Below, in pieces: positions 56,701-64,000 of a stretch of 64,000 nucleotides of DNA. Below the pieces are notes generated by a model. It searched no databases. It was not told the origin of the DNA and saw nothing but the letters and a program-made list of their open reading frames with translations. Source of the stretch: Eledone cirrhosa (lineage: Eukaryota). Within the stretch, counting starts at the first letter, position 1, and each line of letters opens with the position of its first letter. Both the position numbers and the translations under genes were made by a program. The DNA is taken from positions 26,474,001-26,538,000 of the forward strand of contig OZ024749.1 of assembly GCA_964016885.1 (NCBI GenBank). Direction: 5' to 3'.

Positions 56701-59700
56701 TAGTGATGTTGGTGGTAGTGTTGGTAGTGGTGGTGATGTTGGTGGTGGTGGTGGTAGTGGTGGTGGTGTTGGTGGTGGTGTTGGTAGTGGTGGTGCTGTT
56801 GGTGGTAGTGTTGGTAGTGGTGGTGGTGTTGGTGGTGGTGTTGGTTGTGGTGGTGGTGTTGGTGGTGGTGTTGGTAGTGGTGGTGGTGTTGGTGGTAGTG
56901 TTGGTAGTGGTGGTGGTGTTGGTGGTAGTGTTGCTAGTGGTGGTGATGTTGGTGGTGGTGTTGGTAGTGGTGGTGGTGTTGGTGGTAGTATTGGTAGTGG
57001 TAGTGATGTTGGTGGTAGTGTTGGTAGTGGTAGTTATGTTGGTGGTAGTGTTGGTAGTGGTGGTGGTGTTGGTGGTAGTGTTGGTAGTGGTGGTGATGTT
57101 GGTGGTAGTGTTGGTAGTGGTGGTGATGTTGGTGGTAGTGTTGGTAGTGGTGGTGCTGTTGGTGGTGGTTTTGGTAGTGGTGGTGGTGTTGGTGGTAGTG
57201 TTGGTAGTGGTAGTGATGTTGGTGGTAGTGTTGGTAGTGGTAGTTATGTTGGTGGTAGTGTTGGTAGTGGTGGTGGTGTTGGTGGTAGTGTTGGTAGTGG
57301 TGGTGATGTTGGTGGTAGTGTTGGTAGTGGTAGTGATGTTGGTGATAGTGTTGGTAGTGGTGGTGGTGTTGGTGGTAGTGTTGGTAGTGGTGGTGATGTT
57401 GGTGGTAGTGTTGGTAGTGGTGGTGATGTTGGTGGTAGTGTTGGTAGTGGTGGTGCTGTTGGTGGTAGTGTTGGTAGTGGTGGTGCTGTTGCTGGTAGTG
57501 TTGGTAGTGTTGGTGGTGTTGGTGGTAGTGTTGGTAGTGGCAGTGATGTTGGTGGTAGTGTTGGTAGTGTTGGTGATGTTGTTGGTAGTGTTGGTAGTGG
57601 TAGTGATGTTGGTGGTAGTGTTGGTAGTGGTAGTTATGTTGGTGGTAGTGTTGGTAGTGGTGGTGGTGTTGGTGGTAGTGTTGGTAGTGGTGGTGATGTT
57701 GGTGGTAGTGTTGGTAGTGGTAGTGATGTTGGTGATAGTGTTGGTAGTGGTGGTGGTGTTGGTGGTAGTGTTGGTAGTGGTGGTGATGTTGGTGGTAGTG
57801 TTGGTAGTGGTAGTGATGTTGGTGATAGTGTTGGTAGTGGTAGTGATGTTGGTGGTAGTGTTGGTAGTGGTAGTGATGTTTGTGGTAGTGTTGGTAGTGG
57901 TAGTGATGTTGGTGGTAGTGTTGGTAGTGGTAGTTATGTTGGTGGTAGTGTTGGTAGTGGTAGTGATGTTGGTGATAGTGTTGGTAGTGGTGGTGATGTT
58001 GGTGGTAGTGTTGGTAGTGGTAGTGATGTTGGTGGTAGTGTTGGTAGTGGTGGTGGTGTTGGTGGTAGTGTTGGTAGTGGTGGTGGTGTTGGTGGTAGTG
58101 TTGGTAGTGGTGGTGATGTTGGTGGTAGTGTTGGTTGTGGTAGTGATGTTGGTGGTAGTGTTGGTAGTGGTAGTTATGTTGGTGATAGTGTTGGTAGTGG
58201 TGGTGGTGTTGGTGGTAGTGTTGGTAGTGGTGGTGATGTTGGTGGTAGTGTTGGTAGTGGTGGTGATGTTGGTGGTAGTGTTGGTAGTGGTGGTGATGTT
58301 GGTGGTAGTGTTGGTTGTGGTAGTGATGTTGGTGATAGTGTTAGTTGTGGTAGTGATGTTGGTGGTAGTGTTGGTAGTGGTAGTTATGTTGGTGGTAGTG
58401 TTGGTAGTGGTGGTGATGTTGGTGGTAGTGTTGGTAGTGGTGGTGATGTTGGTGGTAGTGTTGGTAGTGGTGGTGATGTTGGTGGTAGTGTTGGTTGTGG
58501 TAGTGATGTTGGTGGTAGTGTTGGTAGTGGTAGTGATGTTGGTGGTAGTGTTGGTAGTGGTAGTTATGTTGGTGGTAGTGTTGGTAGTGGTAGTGATGTT
58601 GGTGGTAGTGGTGGTAGTGGTAGTTATGTTGGTGGTAGTGTTGGTAGTGGTGCTGGTGTTGGTGGTAGTGTTGGTAGTGGTGGTGATGTTGGTGGTAGTG
58701 TTGGTAGTGGTGGGGATGTTGGTGGTAGTGTTGGTAGTGGTAGTGATGTTGGTGATAGTGTTGGTAGTGGTAGTGATGTTTGTGGTAGTGTTGGTAGTGG
58801 TAGTTATGTTGGTGGTAGTGTTGGTAGTGGTGGTGGTGTTGGTGGTAGTGTTGGTAGTGGTGGTGATGTTGGTGGTAGTGTTGGTAGTGGTAGTGATGTT
58901 GGTGGTAGTGTTGGTAGTGGTAGTGATCTTGGTGGTAGTGTTGGTAGTGGTAGTTATGTTGGTGGTAGTGTTGGTAGTGGTGGGGATGTTGGTGGTAGTG
59001 TTGGTAGTGGTGGTGATGTTGGTGGAGGTGTTGGTAGTGGTGGGGATGTTGGTGGTAGTGTTGGTAGTGGTGGTGATGTTGGTGTTAGTGTTGGTAGTGG
59101 TGGTGCTGTTGGTGGTAGTGTTGGTACTGGTGGTGATGTTGGTGGTAGTGTTGGTAGTGGTAGTGATGTTGGTGGTAGTGTTGGTAGTGGTAGTTATGTT
59201 GGTGGTAGTGTTGGTAGTGGTGGTGGTGTTGGTGGTAGTGTTGGTAGTGGTAGTGATGTTGGTGGTAGTGTTGGTAGTGGTAGTTATGTTGGTGTTAGTG
59301 TTGGTAGTGGTAGTGATGTTGGTGGTAGTGTTGGTAGTGGTAGTTATGTTGGTGGTAGTGTTGGTAGTGGTGGGGATGTTGGTGGTAGTGTTGGTAGTGG
59401 TAGTGATGTTGGTGGTAGTGTTGGTAGTGGTGGTGATGTTGGTGGAGGTGTTGGTAGTGGTGGGGATGTTGGTGGTAGTGTTGGTAGTGGTGGTGATGTT
59501 GGTGTTAGTGTTGGTAGTGGTGGTGCTGTTGGTGGTAGTGTTGGTAGTGGTAGTTATGTTGGTGTTAGTGTTGGTAGTAATGGTGATGTTGGTGGTAGTG
59601 TTGGTAGTGTTGGTAATGGTGTTCGCAGTAGTAATGGTGGTTGCGGTGTTAGTGATGGTGGTAGTGATTGTTGAGATGGTAGCAGAGGTTGCGATGGAAG

Positions 59701-59770
59701 TGGTGTTAGTGGTGGTAGTGTTGGAGATGTTGTTGTTGCTGTTGTTGTTGCTGGTGGTGATGGTGGTGGA
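53797..59770. repeat. 30-bp G/T-rich minisatellite, about 190 copies
   Basis: Unit GGTGGTAGTGTTGGTAGTGGTGGTGATGTT with variant positions and degenerate edges. Confidence 0.97.
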
Positions 59771-60148
59771 CATTAAAAAATGGCGGTTATGTTAATTATG
59801 TTTTCTAGAAAAAATGTCCTTTAAATTTATTTACTTACGTAACATTCCTGCGTTTTCTTTAGATATATCATATTTTTGTTGAATTTTTTATGATGAAATA
59901 CATGCGTATACATATGTGTGTGTGTATGTATGTATACATATACACATATATATGTGTGTGTGCGTGTATATATATATATATAACAAAGTTAATTATACAG
60001 ACTTACTATAAAAGTATATATGTATCTAATATATATATATATATGTATGCATACATATATATAGACACACACACATATATATATATATATATATTTATTT
60101 ATATATATATATATATAACAAAGTTAATTATACAGCCTTACTATAAAA

Positions 60149-60211
<63 letters not shown>

Positions 60212-60479
60212 CAAGGTGGACCAAAATCGCGATACGTAGGAAAAATAATTATGTTTTTCTAAGAAACAATTTATTCTTATAACACGCTCTGCGTGGAAAC
60301 TTATAAATGTAGTTATTTTTCCTATGTATTGTGACTTTTGGTTCCCCCTGTGTATATATATATATATATATACTGTACCGATTGTGTTTTTATTTCTGTT
60401 TACCTTTTACATATATATATATATATATTTGATAAAGGAAAAGAATAAATTCACTCATAGTTGGTATTCTATAACAATT

Positions 60480-61210
60480 TTATTTTATAATTTTCAACTT
60501 TCCAACTTTGCTATGTAAATCTAATAAGTCCTTTGTTAACTTCGCTGGGAAGTTGTTTTTAAAATCCTGTTTAACTTTCTGGAGGACTCTCTCGCATTCG
60601 TTGGTTCCGAATGTTCAACTGATCTAAAACTTTACAATTACAATTTCTCTGAGCAATCCAGGTATTTTCAAAATAGCGTATGATATATATAGCGTTGCTA
60701 TAGCCTTCTTCTGCTGTACATGGAATCGCATAAATAGTTTAAATTCTGATGAGGAGAAAATAACATCTGAAATACAGAAGCATAATCTCTTATGTTTTTT
60801 TGTTTTTTTTCGTAGGAATAGTTAAAAGTGTTTTAACTTCACACTCAATTCACTTCATTTTCAAAACAGTCATTATATCTACCTTAAATTTAACCTATAT
60901 ATATAAAGGGAACTCTTTGATTGAGATGTCTAAATATTAGAGTCAATTAGCTTTAAAAGTTGATTGACTGCTCCATCATTTTTGAACTGATTTAAACGGT
61001 TGTGGCTGCTATTTCCAGCGTTAATACAAACAGACATGCTATGTATGAAATGTCTTCATCTTCTCCTCGTAATCCAAAGAATTCTTCCCCCCGACGACGA
61101 AATTGCAATTCTTCCAATATTGGTTATACCAATGTCTTAGAGTGGTCAATGTTGCTTTTTAAGAATTCCAGAAACGTTAGTTGGGGAACAACTGACTTAT
61201 TTTAGTCGAT
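60480..61210 (-). pseudogene. Probable MULE/Mutator transposase relic
   Basis: Across frameshifts it reads IIRYFENTWIAQRNCN...IR/TNECERVLQKVKQDFKNNFP, resembling the MULE C-terminal YF..TW...WN...RTNN..E..H..LK..F..HP pattern. Confidence 0.4.
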
Positions 61211-61369
61211 CTAGCATATAACCCGCCAAAAAAGATTTGGTCTTAAGTTTTAGTGCGTGTGTGTGTATCCCGACTTAAATCGGGAGTAACCACAGTAAGA
61301 TACTTAATACATAGTAGAGTATAATTATTTAATATACAAATGGTAGTCCTGTAGAAGCCATTTCTATAT

Positions 61370-61413
<44 letters not shown>

Positions 61414-62029
61414 TACACACACACACACACACACATACGCGCACATATACATATACGTATATACATTCATATATACACACGCATATAGATATATACGTAG
61501 ATATATATGTATGTGTGTCTTCAGAAACACACACACACATACACACCGACACACAGACAGACACACAGACTCACTCTCACACTCACACTCACATACTGTG
61601 AACAATATATTTCTATTTTTCGGAAGTGACCGTTCGTTTGGGTGAGGTGCAGGTGACATAGGTTTAATCTTTATGAGAGAAGGAGGAGAAGGAGAAGGAG
61701 AAGGAGAATAGTGAGGGGGAGAAGGATGGAGGAGAAAGTGAAGGAAATATTAGAGGAGGGGGATGAGAGGGGGAGGGTTTTAATAATAACGGAATTAAAC
61801 CGGTTGCGAGATGTTTGACAGTTTGATTAAAAATGTCTGGACGTAATTTTAGGAAATATTTCCCTGACAACAACAACAACAGTAACAACTTACTAATAAT
61901 GACATTACTACCACTACCACTCTCACCCCCTTCCTTCTTGTGTTGTTAAAAAACAATAATGATAATTTCTTTTTTTTTATTTGTTATCCTAATTTTTTTT
62001 GTTTTCTATTTTATTTATTTATGTATTTG

Positions 62030-63562
<1,533 letters not shown>

Positions 63563-63563
<1 letters not shown>

Positions 63564-63790
63564 ACTTTGAATAACTTTGAAATGTTTTGGCCAGTATTGG
63601 CCCAGGCCATGTCTAACTTAATAGCACCACCTGGCGAAGTCTTTCAATTCAGGATTTGGGCACCACGGCCCATTCGAGAAGAGAATTACTGTTTGCGGAG
63701 ACATATCCGGGTGTGGGTGGTTTGTCCGGGATTACTTGGAGGAATTTGTCCAAAGACTTCTTGAATTTTGTGTGGTCAGTTTCTGTTTTG
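63563..63790 (-). mobile_element. CR1/L2-like LINE 3' end
   Basis: Translates [32 protein letters not shown], followed by a short UTR and a repeated TTCAAAGTTA tail. Confidence 0.7.
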
Positions 63791-64000
63791 ACGTGTCCTG
63801 GTGTGATGTTGAAGAGAGCAGGGCCGATCTACTAAATGAAACTATTGACCTCCCAGTAGCCTCTGTCTCACAGCAGGAAACGCCACATCCTTTCTCTGGC
63901 CCAGCAGTCCAATCGTCACCACTGCCAACATCTTCTTCTCTGCCTACTACTACTACAACATCTTTGGCTACTGCTATCTCAAGGAATTTACCTTATAATT

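Overview
Repeat-saturated, AT-rich animal genomic DNA, most likely an octopus: it carries OR- and OK-type tRNA-derived SINE fragments and very dense (TA)n tracts. I cannot support any host protein-coding gene. The only intact ORF with real domains is a Penelope-like retroelement (PLE), with RT plus a C-terminal GIY-YIG endonuclease (32146-34467, minus strand), flanked by near-identical ~700-bp direct pseudo-LTRs. Also present are three 5'-truncated PLEs, a Tx1/L1-clade LINE, RTE and CR1/L2-like LINE 3' ends, four non-autonomous Helitron-like elements, a probable MULE transposase relic, SINEs and large ACC/GGT minisatellites. The main hidden signal is a community of about 12 distinct PLE or retrozyme-like families sitting in (TA)n tracts. 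By eye they carry about 20 type I hammerhead ribozyme cores, and many are asymmetric head-to-head hairpins whose short arm stops at a family-specific TATA-like site. In one copy (30191-30310) the palindrome centre falls exactly on the predicted hammerhead cleavage site. Two non-coding ~490-530-bp hammerhead monomers occur as partial tandems and look like retrozymes. All alignments and folds were done by eye, so boundaries are approximate to a few bases. Family letters (A, A2, B, C, D, E, H, J) are my own labels.
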